64,000 nt of DNA from Octopus sinensis (taxonomy: Eukaryota): assembly GCF_006345805.1 (NCBI RefSeq), contig NC_043006.1, forward strand, positions 92,070,001-92,134,000, in the 5' to 3' direction. The notes beneath the pieces are model-generated. The model saw only the letters and a list, made by a program, of their open reading frames with translations. It made no database searches and was not told the origin of the DNA. This document shows positions 1 through 12,226 of the stretch, piece by piece (positions within the stretch are counted from its first letter, which is position 1; each line of letters opens with the position of its first letter). The position numbers and the translations under genes are program-made.

Positions 1-245
1 TTTGCTTCTCCCCTTCTTCCCTCCCTCGTGAAGCTGTGGGGAAGGGAGTTTAAGGAAATCAACGTCGTAATGCGTTGTCAAGGAGACCAGCGTTCTTTTA
101 GAACAACGACTTCATGGCTTGAAGACACCAAAACAGAAATGGCTAAGAAAGCCCGAATTGGCATCTATAAGGGAAGTAACTCTCTAAAAATGCTTATATA
201 GTTATTTCCCTTACAAACCCGAGCAACGCCGGGTGATACTGCTAG
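1..245 (+). mobile_element. Helitron-like element 3' terminus (continues upstream of the window)
   Basis: Subterminal hairpin ACCCG-agcaacgc-CGGGT (217-234), then CTAG (242-245) and a flanking T, matching the Helitron 3' end pattern. Confidence 0.65.
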
Positions 246-577
246 TTATAGATAATATTGTTATCTGAAGTTGTGTTACCATTTATCGATCCATTTATAC
301 TATCATTTAGATCTACTATAGCCATATCATAATTATCAACATTATTGGTATTGCTATTATTATTGTTTGTATTAATATCCGAATGCTTATTACTGCTATA
401 GATATCATTGTTATCTTCATTCCCGATATTATTTCTATTTGTATTGCTCATATTATTATCATTATTATTATTCCTATTAATATCAATATCATTATTAGTT
501 ATTCCATTGCTATTGATGCTGCACTTATTTCGATAATTGTTATTATTGTTGTTATTATTTTTATATCATTGTAATAT

Positions 578-612
<35 letters not shown>
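246..612. repeat. Degenerate (TAT/ATT)n low-complexity tract ending in (TA)n
   Basis: Visible directly; explains the spurious Ile/Asn-rich ORFs. Confidence 0.9.
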
Positions 613-619
<7 letters not shown>

Positions 620-620
<1 letters not shown>

Positions 621-900
621 TATAGCATATTACGGAGGTGTACTTGCATAGCAAGTGACCTGATCTGAGATCGTGTGCTGGAATGAAAACAATTGCAACG
701 TGGAAGATGTTTATAAGCCATTTCAGAAACACGCTTTGAGACCGCGACCTGTTCACTGGAATATGGCAGCACGGAATTTTATCAGTGAACAGGTCGCGGT
801 CACAAAGCGACGAAAATATTTTGGCAAATTAAATTAAAATTTTGAAGTGAATCTAACGGTTTCTTAAATGGCTTATAAACACCTTCCACGCTGCAATTGT
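620..900. mobile_element. Penelope-like element terminal remnant present as an inverted pair
   Basis: Outer arms 689-723 and 866-900 and inner arms 732-758 and 783-809 are reverse complements. The right arm contains a minimal hammerhead-like motif. The family assignment is inferred from this architecture. Confidence 0.5.
778..828 (+). ncRNA. Minimal type I hammerhead-like ribozyme motif with variant core
   Basis: TTTATCA, GTGAACA, G, GTCGC-ggtcacaaa-GCGAC, GAAA, palindromic AATATT, T, TGGCAAA. Stem I pairs at 6 of 7 positions including one G-U. Confidence 0.5.
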
Positions 901-3499
901 ATTATAGCATAGTTATTTAATTCTTTTTTTATATATTTAAGAATGTAGATTCGGAGTTAATTATATTATCATGTGATTCAATGCAGTGGTTCTCTATGTT
1001 AGTAGAAATAAGATTTGTATGGCATTAATGAAAAGATTCCGTAGAGAAGGTGGGTAGAACTTCACAATTTAAGTTTTTTGCGGTACCATTCGCTTCACGC
1101 GAATATTCAGTAAAAACATTAACATAACTTAAATGCAATAATCAAACTTTACGAAGCAATGGGGCTGTCAGTATGCTATAAACGGTTTGAGTGCAGTGAA
1201 TAAAAATCGATTCTGTATTGTAACCAGATGAAAGTTTCGATTTGTGCAAGTTTAATTTCAGCCAGGTTTACCTTAACCAGTGCCGTTGTAGTAATTCATA
1301 AAGAGGAAACAAAGCCAACACGTTTGAGGAATACTGCAGATTCAATCTACGCTACTAATTTTCAATTAGTTATTTATTTTATCGACTCAGAATAACTGAA
1401 ATCCTATTTAGCATTTGTGAGATTTGAAGCTAAAACACCAGGAAGCCTAACCAAGGCTCGGCCTAGTCCTTCAGTCTAGCTTTCTCATCTTTGATTTATA
1501 ATTCAGATATATTGGGATTTGTCTCATAGGTACAATGCAACACACTATGAGAAAGTGTCCTTAATTATTATATTAACTTCTGTATTTACTTGATTAGTAA
1601 TTATATTATCGGTTATGAAATATTGAAAGGCAACTTCAATCCTGGTGGAATACGAACTCTGAACATAAAGGAATGTCACTAAATACCACAATAAATTTTG
1701 TATAGAACTGTACTGTTTATTCCAAACCAACGCTTTGGTAACACAAATATTTTGAGAATGCATTAAATGAATATTTACCGTCTCTTTCTAATTTATCTAA
1801 TAACTCTTTCAAATCTCATTTTTCTTTGTCGATAATGGATAAAATTCCCATTAATATTTATCTTTCATTATGGTATTATTTTAACATTATTACATTCTTA
1901 TTCTACATTACTTTATGATTTAAAAAAAAATTAATGATGTTATGCTTGTAGCGCCATGAAACCTGAGTTTTCCTTCTTCTCCTGCATCCGGAGCCAAATT
2001 TTCACTTAGACACACACAAACCAACGCCCGTACACACAAATAAAAACCACATACACACACATAAACACCACACACACACACACAAAACAACAACAACACA
2101 AACAATAACAATATAAAGTAATCCCACTTGCTCAAAGTTGGGTTGGAGTTCAGTGAATAATTCAACACTGACTTCGATGGTTTCGGCCAGTACTGTGGCG
2201 CCATGCAGAAGCCGTTTGTGTATGGGCAGAACAGAGAAAGAGAAAATATTATTAAAATAAAAACACGCACACACCGAAAGTAAACAAAACAATGTTATGG
2301 AGTATGAAGAATTAGAGCTGATTATTGGTTGGTTTTCATTGCTGTGAAGTCAGTTATGAAAACAATGTAGACATGAAATGCACACTACGAAAGTTGATTG
2401 CTGCTATCAACGTTAGCTTCCAAAAACCAACAACAACATCGACAAGAACAATAGAAATGGTATCTGTAATCACCGCTAACTGACATATTTACTGACCTAA
2501 CAAACAAGACCACGGAGAAAATTATATTTTTAATAATCAGAACCATTAATATTTATAAAGAAAAAATAAAACGATAGAAATCAATAAAAGCGAAAGAGAG
2601 AGAGAGAGAAGGGGAGAGAGAGAGAGAGAGAGAGAGAGAGAACTATAAATAAATAAATAATAAAAAAAAACGTTTTAAATTCTGTTTCGGTTTCCTTTTT
2701 ATGATGAGATAAAATGTGTTCTGTTCAATGTTTTTGTGTAAAAGTTGTCATATTTTCGATAAATGAACAGAATCATTCACACCTTTTATGTAATTTATAT
2801 GTTATTACATAAAAACGAATTAGAAACCGACTTTTGCATCTGGAAGTTATAATACTCAATACAGAGCTATAATTTGAAATTACACTTACCAATAACATAA
2901 AATACACACAGTTATTCTAACTCGAATTAAGTGAAACCTAAATTCGCTATAGGAAGTTGTATAAATAACTTACTGTATTTTTACTTTTATGCAAGTTATC
3001 GAATTTCGACAAAAAAAGGCAAAACTGATAATAGCATACGAGTGTTTGAATAATAAATAACGCTAGTATTGGTGGTTATTAGTTATTTGGTAATATTAGA
3101 AATATAAAAATCAGAGGTAAACAAGAGAATGTCAAATAGCAGTCAATCAGAATCGATCAATTAATCGATGTCGGTTGTTTATTTGACAAGTGTATTTCCT
3201 TGAAAGAAAGAAAGTGTCTTGAAATAATGGCAAATCTGACTTGAGAGTGGTGTATTAAAATTTAATATCGAAAATAATATGGACATAGACATGGCTATGC
3301 GGTTAAGTTAACGTGTTCGCTTCACGAAAACCTGGTTTAATCACACAGCACAATGTTAAGTACAAATGAACTGGAATCAGTAATACAATCAAGGCGGGAG
3401 GTTGATCGGACGAGAATATTGTTTGGACAGGAACGGAACTACGTGAAATAATGTTGAGACTAACGTGAACATTGTCTATTAAAATTCAATATTCTTTTC

Positions 3500-3590
3500 T
3501 ACTCTTGGTACAAGGCCCGAAATTTTAGGGGAGGGGGCCAGTCGATTAGATGGACCCCAGTACGCAACTGGTACTTAATTTATCGACTAC
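3500..3590 (-). mobile_element. tRNA-derived SINE (family C here), 3' fragment
   Basis: gtcgattagatggaccccagtacgcaactggtacttaatttatcgac matches the copies at 34200-34750. Confidence 0.75.
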
Positions 3591-3609
3591 GATAATATCG
3601 CTTTCGTTG

Positions 3610-4320
3610 CTTTACAGCAATGCAGCCCAAAGCCTGCACTTATTCGCGCAAACACTGCAACACAGAATGTTTAAGCATTGCTTTAATAACTGGGAACAAT
3701 TTAAAGTGGACCTCACCATTGATATCAAATTAAAATCTAACCAGCTCTCTTCTGCGATGGAGGTTTCATTTGCTGCTGTGTTTCAGCCAGTTCACCTTCA
3801 CTCAGTCTTTGTCCGCATCGTTTGATATTCTTGTAAGGGATTGATCTTTCATAATCAGTGACCGAAGTGTGCAGAAATGGTAAAACCATTTTATGAGGGT
3901 CTATAGAAATGGAGATGTTCAGCTCATACTGAATGGTTGGTTCCTGACAAATTTTGAGGAATCCATTTCCCCAGATTGTGCATTACGCCAAGTTTTTGAA
4001 GATGTCGGTAAACTGTTGAAAAGCTTGAATTGAGCTTTTCTGCCAATTCTTCGACTGTAACCACTATTTAGATTAGGTTTTGATAAAAGTAGGTTTTCAT
4101 GAACCTGAACTAGATGACTCGTTCGTGAAGCACCTTTCATGATGAAATCACCCTTCCTAAACCACCCAACTGATTCTTTCTTCAAAGCTGTCTTCCCCAC
4201 AAATACTGCGAATATTTCAGATCGTTTCCGATGCATTATTGCCGTTTGTAAACCCTCAGAGCATTCTACGTCTTAAACGCTCCGTCACACGTCCATCTGT
4301 AAGTGGGGGATCAAAGTAGT
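3610..4320 (-). mobile_element. Degenerate mariner transposase remnant
   Basis: Hand translation across stops and frameshifts gives NGNNASETI*NIRSICGEDS, VTVEELAEKLNSSFSTVYRHLQKLG..LGKWIPQNLS, LPFLHTSVTDYERSIPYKNIKR and DINGEVHFKLFP. These match the mariner HTH, WVPHEL and TGDEKW regions. Confidence 0.75.
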
Positions 4321-5744
4321 AGCTGAATTCTTACTTTATATTGTAATGACATAAATTGTTACTTGACAACAGCGCAGTGTCATAATATGTCAGAATAATA
4401 TGTAAGTTGTTTCTATTCAGATATTGTAAAATAACAAATCTCGGACATTATTTATGGAAATACTCGCTATTTAAACATTATCTATATTATCAAAATAGTA
4501 CGCATTCTCTCATTAGATTGTAACTGAATCAAATATATGAATAGGTTTTATCTCCATGTATTACGCATTTAGCTGTTCCCAGTTTTAATTAGTAGACGTG
4601 TAGGATTTCATACGTTTTATTTTAGTAACTTGATTTAGTATCAGTTACTAAATACGATATTAGTAATCCAGAGAACATAATCATGTGCCTATCACGACAA
4701 AGAATACAATTAAATATTTTTTATCTGTTTCTCGTCTCTATTTTTGTACAATGGCATGTAATCAGTCGGTCACAATGTAGAACATTTGTTTTAATGCTAT
4801 TATTAAATTGCGTTGCCAAGAGAGCGGAACCAGTTTCTTTGACCATATGCAGAAAAATTGTTTTTGTCATTTCTAAAATAGAAATATAATATCTCTCCTT
4901 ACACGTATGTTTTCTTTTCTCTTTTTTATCGAGTATTTGCTTAAAATACTTTATGGTACTTAACCAGACACAATCGTGACAAGAATGCAGACATGTAATT
5001 CCTCACTAAAATGATATATTTATAATTTCTCTATCATTCGGTTTTAAGGTACTGTGCGTTTGTTGAAGAGATGTGTTTCCTTTTAGTTTCAATGTTTTTT
5101 TTACTATATATAAACTTCTAATATTTAAGTTTATTCAATTATGCTGCAGGCGTCACATCTCGAAATTATACATAATAAAGTTTATAAACTATCAACAGCT
5201 TTTGCTTCAACAAAAATTATGGAAGCATCAATAATTCTTTTAAGTAATAACACATTATTGACTACAGCGTTGAGGAGTGGAATTAACATGAGAGGGAATG
5301 CGTCGACGCGAGAAATTCAATAGCATTTTGAAAAAAATTATAATGTAGTATAGGAGAAAATAATTCCAACATTACAGATGGAATCGGACATCATTACAAG
5401 CATACATACAGGCATACATACATACGTTCATACATACATACATACATACATACATACATACACATGTGCGTGTATATATAAATAACTATATGTATATAAA
5501 GAATAGTACAGATATGAAATAAGAAAAAATAGGTGAATGCAATCCGCTGTTTACGTAAAGATAATAGAGAATAGTTTTTAAGCAGACCTTCCAGAAACAG
5601 AAACTATATATGTCCTCGGACTTGGTCAAGTCAGCAAACAAGAGGAAATGATAGAGCCATGTGCAAAACATAAAATGTGACACGAATGTGACTACGATAA
5701 TCTGGGACTGTCAGGCTAGAATTTTCGAAGCCGAGAATCTTTAC

Positions 5745-5900
5745 CCACTCTTACAGACAGACAGCTTAAAGTAAATCAACCAGATATTATTGCCAAAGAC
5801 AAACTGGATCACAACTGTCTCACAATCAATATATCATTTTCAAAAGAGACAATAATAATCTCAAAGAAATTGAAAAGCAAATATCAACATATTAACAAAC
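5745..5900 (+). mobile_element. Old RLE-domain fragment of an R4-like LINE
   Basis: Reads TDRQLKVNQPDIIAKDKLDHNCLTINISF..KLKSKYQHI, which aligns by eye with QTDRKIDANRPDIILKDFKQRTCLLIDMTV..KLSKYKDL of the element at 53684-54070. Confidence 0.55.
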
Positions 5901-6949
5901 TATTGTTTATAAAGTTTACAAAAAGTGGTGACTAAAACGAGAAGATTAAAAGCAAAGACAATCTTCATGAAAAGAAATTAATAACTTGATATATATATAT
6001 AACGAGAGAGAGGGAGAAAGAAAGAAAGTGAGAGAGAGGGAAGGCGGGAGAGATAGATATGAAGATAGATATGGATACAAACATGATAAAAAATATTAAG
6101 GAGAGAAAGATTAACAAAAATAAATAAAAAGGAAATATATAGCACACAAAATCTCGCGATGCTGTCGTGTATGTTAAATATATTAAGATACTTTGAAAAT
6201 ATGAGCAAGAAACGCAGCACGTGCCAAAGGAATACAAAAGAGCAATCCGTTGTGCAGTGAAAGAAAGACGGCTGACTAAAATAAAGATGGCGATGACGAT
6301 GATGAAGAAGACTATAATGAAGATGAAGATGATGATGATGATTGTGATAGTGATGATTTTATATCTTGTAGAAATTGTTTCATATTTTGCCTTGTCTTGC
6401 TGTAGTCGTATTTTTGTTTGATAAGAAAAAATTCCTATCATCGCCAGGAAACTGCATAAAGCATGTATGTTATGAGGTCTGGCGTACTCTGTTGAGAGTT
6501 TCTAAGTGGATTATGTGATGTGTCTAAAATGATTCTAGTTTAAAAACATATTTGCAACGTGCGTACGGTACGTGGTATTCTTTTCTGGTGTGTTCTCTTA
6601 CTATTTCCAGTTTATGAATAGTTGTTATTGCTATTTATATTCACAAACCGTATATGTAATTTATTTGCATTTCATAAAAGTGTTCCTCCTGCACTTCTAT
6701 AATTCTGAAAGGTGTGGTGCAAAGATGCCTTTTCATTTTATCTGTCTGTAATACCGGTTCCTTGTCAGGTTTTGGCCGTAAGAAATCTTTCCTCTCAAAC
6801 TTTAAATGTTTTGTTAGATTATCGATTCATGTTATCTATAGCGTGTTCTGTTCCTTTACTTCTATAAATCCGTATAAATTTTTTCCTCTCAGAAGTCTTT
6901 TTCAGGATATCCTACCTTATGCACAGCTCCCATTAGTTTAGTCCTTCTC

Positions 6950-7245
6950 TCCGGACTTTTCTCCACCATTCTCGATTCGGTGCTGTTTTTTCCCCTTGCT
7001 CTCAATGTTTTGTTTGCTTTCAATTGCCATCAATGCTTCCGTACCTTAGACCTTCTTTTCTAGAAAAGGTGTTGACTCCCAACGCCAACCCTTTTCTACC
7101 TCTCAGAAGAGGTGGTTCATATTACCATAGGCTCTATCCTTTATCTCGTGTGGCATGGGAGCCCCTACCAGGAGCTGGCTCTTCTCTGGCATTGCTCTGA
7201 AGGTTACTGAGGAACACAAACCACCACATCACCACAGGGTGATTT
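6950..7245 (-). mobile_element. Probable RTE-type LINE 5' region fragment
   Basis: The minus strand has agagcaatgccag..ctcctggtaggggctcccatgcc..gggttggcgttgggagtcaacacc, which resembles RTE-clade 5' UTRs as I recall them. No coding support. Confidence 0.4.
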
Positions 7246-7999
7246 GCTGGCATTGTTTAAAGGTCATCGAGGCACACAAATCATAGAAAGATTTTCTGTT
7301 TCTGGTTTTCTTCTTCATGTTCTTCACTAATCCCGAATATTGTTACGGTTGAGAGTTGGCAAAATCATGAGATCATCGGCAAATATTCTTTGTAGTATTT
7401 GTCTCCGTTCTTTTCGTTCTGCCTTCGAATTCTGTCGAAATCAACTTTGTTTTCATCAACTTGGAGCCGATAAAATATAAAATTAGTGAAATTCTGAGTC
7501 GATAGTATCGACTTCCGCCTTCCTTTAGAATTATTGACCTTAAGACTAAATCACAAATCAGTTTTTGGGCTTTGGTTTATAAACGTATGTAAATACAATA
7601 TGGTAGATGGATTAAGATGTTTGCTTTGCAATCATAGTGTCCGATTTGGATCCTGCTGCGTTGCATCTTGAGAAATTCTCATCTTCTTTGCAAGGTTAAC
7701 CCATAAACTCTGAGTAAAAATATGTAGATGGAAACTGTGGAGAAGCCCATCCGATGTAATTCAAAGGTCCAGACATGTTACACTGTGTTACAATGATTCC
7801 TCTTGGCGTCAACATGAATAATACACACACACGTTTCAATAGAATACTCTGCTTCTTATGCGATGATTCAATTAACGCGATAGTTTAGTTGTTCAAATAT
7901 GTGGCGTCGTAGAATCCGAAATTCAGATTGAAATCGTTTCAATTATTTTAGCTTTTATTCATAACTGGTTGACACGTCTATATATTTGTCTGAGTTCAT

Positions 8000-8720
8000 A
8001 TAGTTATTAACTTTAATTTTGAGCTTCTAGTAGTTCGATGCTTTCATCATGCTCCTAATCTCAATATATTGTGTCTTGCACCGTATTATCAAGATATTCC
8101 TTGATATTTTAAATTAATTTGTTTCTCGTTGCAGTGCGCTATTTGTCTCAATCTTTACGCATCTTGATATTTTTGCAAACTCTCTGTATGCGTTTTTAAT
8201 GAAGGTTTTCTAATTTGAACGCTCTCTAATTCATAGTTTTAATCCATTCATGCAGAAGAGATGATATTTTTAGCCTGTCACTAGCAATTATATTAGCGCA
8301 TTTGTTAACAAAGTAAGGGTTGTATCAAATCTAATTGGGAATACAGAGTCCCCTGAAAAATGCTCTTCTTATAAGGCTTAGTCAAGTTTTTTATTACCTT
8401 TCCTCTATGTTATAGTACGATTAATACATTCCATTCTGCATTCTCTGTATGTATTGGTTATAACATCAAGAAATTTGTTAAGATGTCAGAAAATCTCCAG
8501 TAATTAATTAACAGCGACCCCAGGTTTTGTTTCCTTGTAGTTCCTGCTTCAATAACCACTCGATTTACAAAGAGCTTTTCTGTACATCTGAATGTTCATT
8601 TCAAACATCCTCGAATCAATCTTCATGATTCTATAGATACTCACATCTGCGATGGAACTAAACATTATTGAAGCGTATCAGCAACTATCAAAAAGATTCC
8701 AAAATGTTTAAGTTATATGA
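8000..8720 (-). mobile_element. Highly decayed reverse transcriptase fragment (R4-like LINE)
   Basis: Minus-strand remnants in the correct order: an IFQGDS-like motif (agcatttttcaggggactctg), YHLFCMNGLKL (compare NHLVYMDDLKL) and KYQGI (compare YKYLGV). Confidence 0.5.
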
Positions 8721-9477
8721 GAATGTCAACAATGCTGCCAATATTTAACAGATTTATTCTGCTGAATAAATGATATATAATTTGTTGTTTAATTGAATTT
8801 GTACAAACATAATTACACATATTAGATTATAAAATTTTGTATGAGATCGAAACATTCTGACATGTTGCATCGCAAGTTCGGCATACATAAATTATTCTCA
8901 GATGTATTTATATTTACGGTATTGATTTATCAAATTGTATAAAATTGTTCAGAACCAGAACCAGATATCTGTAAAACCAGAAATGAAAGGCACTGTAGTT
9001 TGAAATCGATAAACCACAAATATTTTCCCTTCCCCTCATCGCACACGTAATTCGAATTTTAATTAATTGAGATTTCGAAGTCGTTAATTTCCTGCCTTGA
9101 TCCAATTTAAGCAGGAAGCTAAACATTTTTACTCTTCGTTGGGGGGTGAGGGGAGTTCTTGATTAATTACAATTTTTTGCCCCACTACGTTATGTATGTT
9201 AGTCCTGAACAAACCTCGGATGGAGAACCTGAAGTTCTTCGCTTCAACAACCAGAATATTCTGAAATTATTCAATAAATCTGATACAGCTTTAGAGATTC
9301 TAACTGTCAATATTCAAATGTTCATTAAAAGTACAGCTATTCTACCTGAAATCTTTCTTGTTTTACCGAGTTCTTGCAATGGAGTGCTTTCAAAGTAAAT
9401 ATGTCGATGGCGAGACGGAAAATATACAGTTAAGAACGACGGAGATAAAGTAACAAGAAATCTTAGGAATCATATAT

Positions 9478-9522
<45 letters not shown>

Positions 9523-9572
9523 ACACACACACACACATTCACACATTTATATGTATGCATAAACACACACAC
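9478..9572. repeat. (CA)n microsatellite
   Basis: Visible directly. Confidence 0.95.
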
Positions 9573-9935
9573 ACATATTTACATGCGTATATTAAAAAGT
9601 GAAAAGGAATTCCCATAAATATATATATACATAATTATGTGTGTGAGCGTTTGTATTTGTACGTATTTGTGTGATTGTAATATAAATGAATTTGTATGCA
9701 CCTCCACGTGATAAATTCTCTCTGATACGTTAGAAATGAGAAGCCAAACATAATAGGCTTCATACAGAGACACGTAGCTCACACAGCAAGCATAGAAATA
9801 ACTCACATCATATTGTTTCTTCCTTGAGAAAGCAAAATATTTTCTATCGCACACGCTTATATTTGCATACACAAGCACAAATTCCCAGTTTATATGCGTA
9901 TGTGGCATATGTGTGACTATATATATATGCTTAGT

Positions 9936-10255
9936 AGTGGGTGTGTGGTAAGTAGCTTGCTTACCAACCACATGGTTCCTGGCTCAGTCCCACTGAGTGG
10001 CACCTTGGGAAAGTGTCTTCTACTATAGCCTCGGGCTGACCAAAGCCTTATGAGTGGATTTAATAGACGGAAAATGAAAGAAGCCCGTCGCTTGAGAATC
10101 GATGGTGGTGTGTTTACGTCCCCATAACTTAGCGGTTCGGCAAAAAGATAGCGTTAGAATAAGTACTAGGCTTACAAGGAATATGTCCTGGGGTCGATTT
10201 ACTGGAGTAAAATGTGGTGCTCCAGCATGGACGCAGTCAAATGACTGAAACAAAT
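9936..10255 (+). mobile_element. tRNA-derived SINE (family A), copy lacking the central microsatellite
   Basis: Head tgtggtaagtagcttgcttaccaaccacatggttc..aagaagcccgtc joins directly to tail gcttgagaatcgatg..aaatgactgaaac. Homologous to 13775-14205 and 39030-39660. Confidence 0.9.
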
Positions 10256-10261
10256 AATATA

Positions 10262-10317
10262 ACACACACGCACACACACACATACACACACACACACTCA
10301 CACACACACACACCCAT

Positions 10318-10403
<86 letters not shown>
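10262..10403. repeat. (CA)n(TA)n microsatellite
   Basis: Visible directly. Confidence 0.95.
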
Positions 10404-10404
<1 letters not shown>

Positions 10405-10465
10405 AATTCAAAATAATAAGGGTGAAAATTGAATATTAATTTGATTAATATCAATTTAAAACCAG

Positions 10466-10892
10466 TGGTCTAGCATATAGAAATATCTGAAGATTCAGAA
10501 AAATTATATTACATACATATAAGAGGGATGACCACTAAGTGGACATCCATTATCCTAGAAGTTGACCCCCTATAGTCTTACCACTAAGAAAGGATTGTTC
10601 TCAAGAAAATTTAGCAAACGTCAGAACGCAAGTGAGCAAGACAAATGAAAAGATACAAAATATACAGATTAATCACAAACCCGGTTTCGTCTGTATATTT
10701 TGTATCTTTTCATTTGTCCTGCTCACTTAAGTTCTGACGTTTGCTAAATTTTCTTGAGAACATTCCTTTCTTAGTGGTATGTCCATAGGAGGTCGACTTC
10801 TAGGATAATGGATGTCCACTTAGTGGTCATCCTCCTTATATGTATGTAATATAATTTTTCTGAATCTTCAGATTTTTCTATATGCTAGACCA
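10466..10892. repeat. Long inverted repeat (~200-bp arms, 23-nt spacer)
   Basis: 10466-10667 is the reverse complement of 10691-10892, with about a dozen substitutions. Confidence 0.95.
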
Positions 10893-11108
10893 TATGGTAT
10901 ATCTACTTGGACCTATTGTTTAATTGTGTTTATTTATATATTTTACACTTGTAACAGTACATACACTTTGCTTAGGTATGTATATGTGTATATATGTATA
11001 TGTATATATGTCTATATGGATATATGTTCATATTTTTATATATATTTATATATATTAAATAATACGTGTATCATGTTTAATGTATTAATATCAATATTTT
11101 TAAAGTTC

Positions 11109-11246
11109 CTTATAACCTCTGACGAAGCCTATTGTTATATATATAAGCACCATATTTTTAAATGCCTACAACATCATTATGTTGACAACTATAGGCAATA
11201 AAAATAAAAATAACTACTTTTAGCCATAGGCTGAAATAGTTGTAAG
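11109..11246 (+). ncRNA. Hammerhead-like core with a long stem II insertion, probably a Penelope-like remnant
   Basis: CTGACGA (11119-25), then AGCCTAT (11126-32) pairing with ATAGGCT (11226-32), then GAAA. CTTATAAC (11109-16) can pair with GTTGTAAG (11239-46). Confidence 0.4.
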
Positions 11247-11668
11247 AAGTGATTTTAATGATTTCAATAATTTATATTGATTTTTATAACTTGTATTCTT
11301 ATCTTATATGTATTGAATTATAAGATATATATGTATGATATTGAGGTTCTCATTTTGTTGAATGAATAAATAATCCGACATTCTAATATCGAAAGTCGAT
11401 GAACAAACTAAATTTGTTTCCCCATTTTCTTATTTGTATTATAAATTTACGGTAAAAATATTTCTTTACCTTCACCAGTTTAATACAATAAATAAGTTAA
11501 TTGCATTGCAATTAAAACATTTATGTATTAAGAATCTGGGTACTTTACCAACAGCATATTGGATAAATGCTATCCCTTACTGGGTTACACCCATAACCCC
11601 TATCTTACTTTGTATTATATTTATATATATATATACCTCTTTCTTTTTTCCCCTCTTTCAGTATATTT

Positions 11669-11695
11669 ATATGTGTGTGTGTGTGTGTGTGTGTG

Positions 11696-11726
<31 letters not shown>

Positions 11727-11760
11727 TTGTGTGTGTGTTTGTGTGTGTGTGTATGTATAT
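11669..11760. repeat. (TG)n microsatellite
   Basis: Visible directly. Confidence 0.95.
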
Positions 11761-12102
11761 ATGTTTACATCTATGCATAAATGTATGTATGTATAGATAT
11801 GTCATTATACGCAAAATCCTTTAGCATATAAACTGTATTTCCTATTTCAGTTTATATACTCAACTGCAAAAGTAATAAAATACTTTTCATGTTTTTAATA
11901 TAACTGACAGGATTACGATACATTTCAATGCTTATCTTTTATATATTATAGGACAATATTTGTCATACACTTCTTAGAAAATGTTATAGATACAAGCACC
12001 GCGCGGTTGCATATTTCGGTAAAGCGCATTAAATTCTTCTTGTAATTGGAAACATATTGGAGCGTAATATAATATGCATTATAAATTTGTTTTAGAGCAT
12101 TT

Positions 12103-12226
<124 letters not shown>

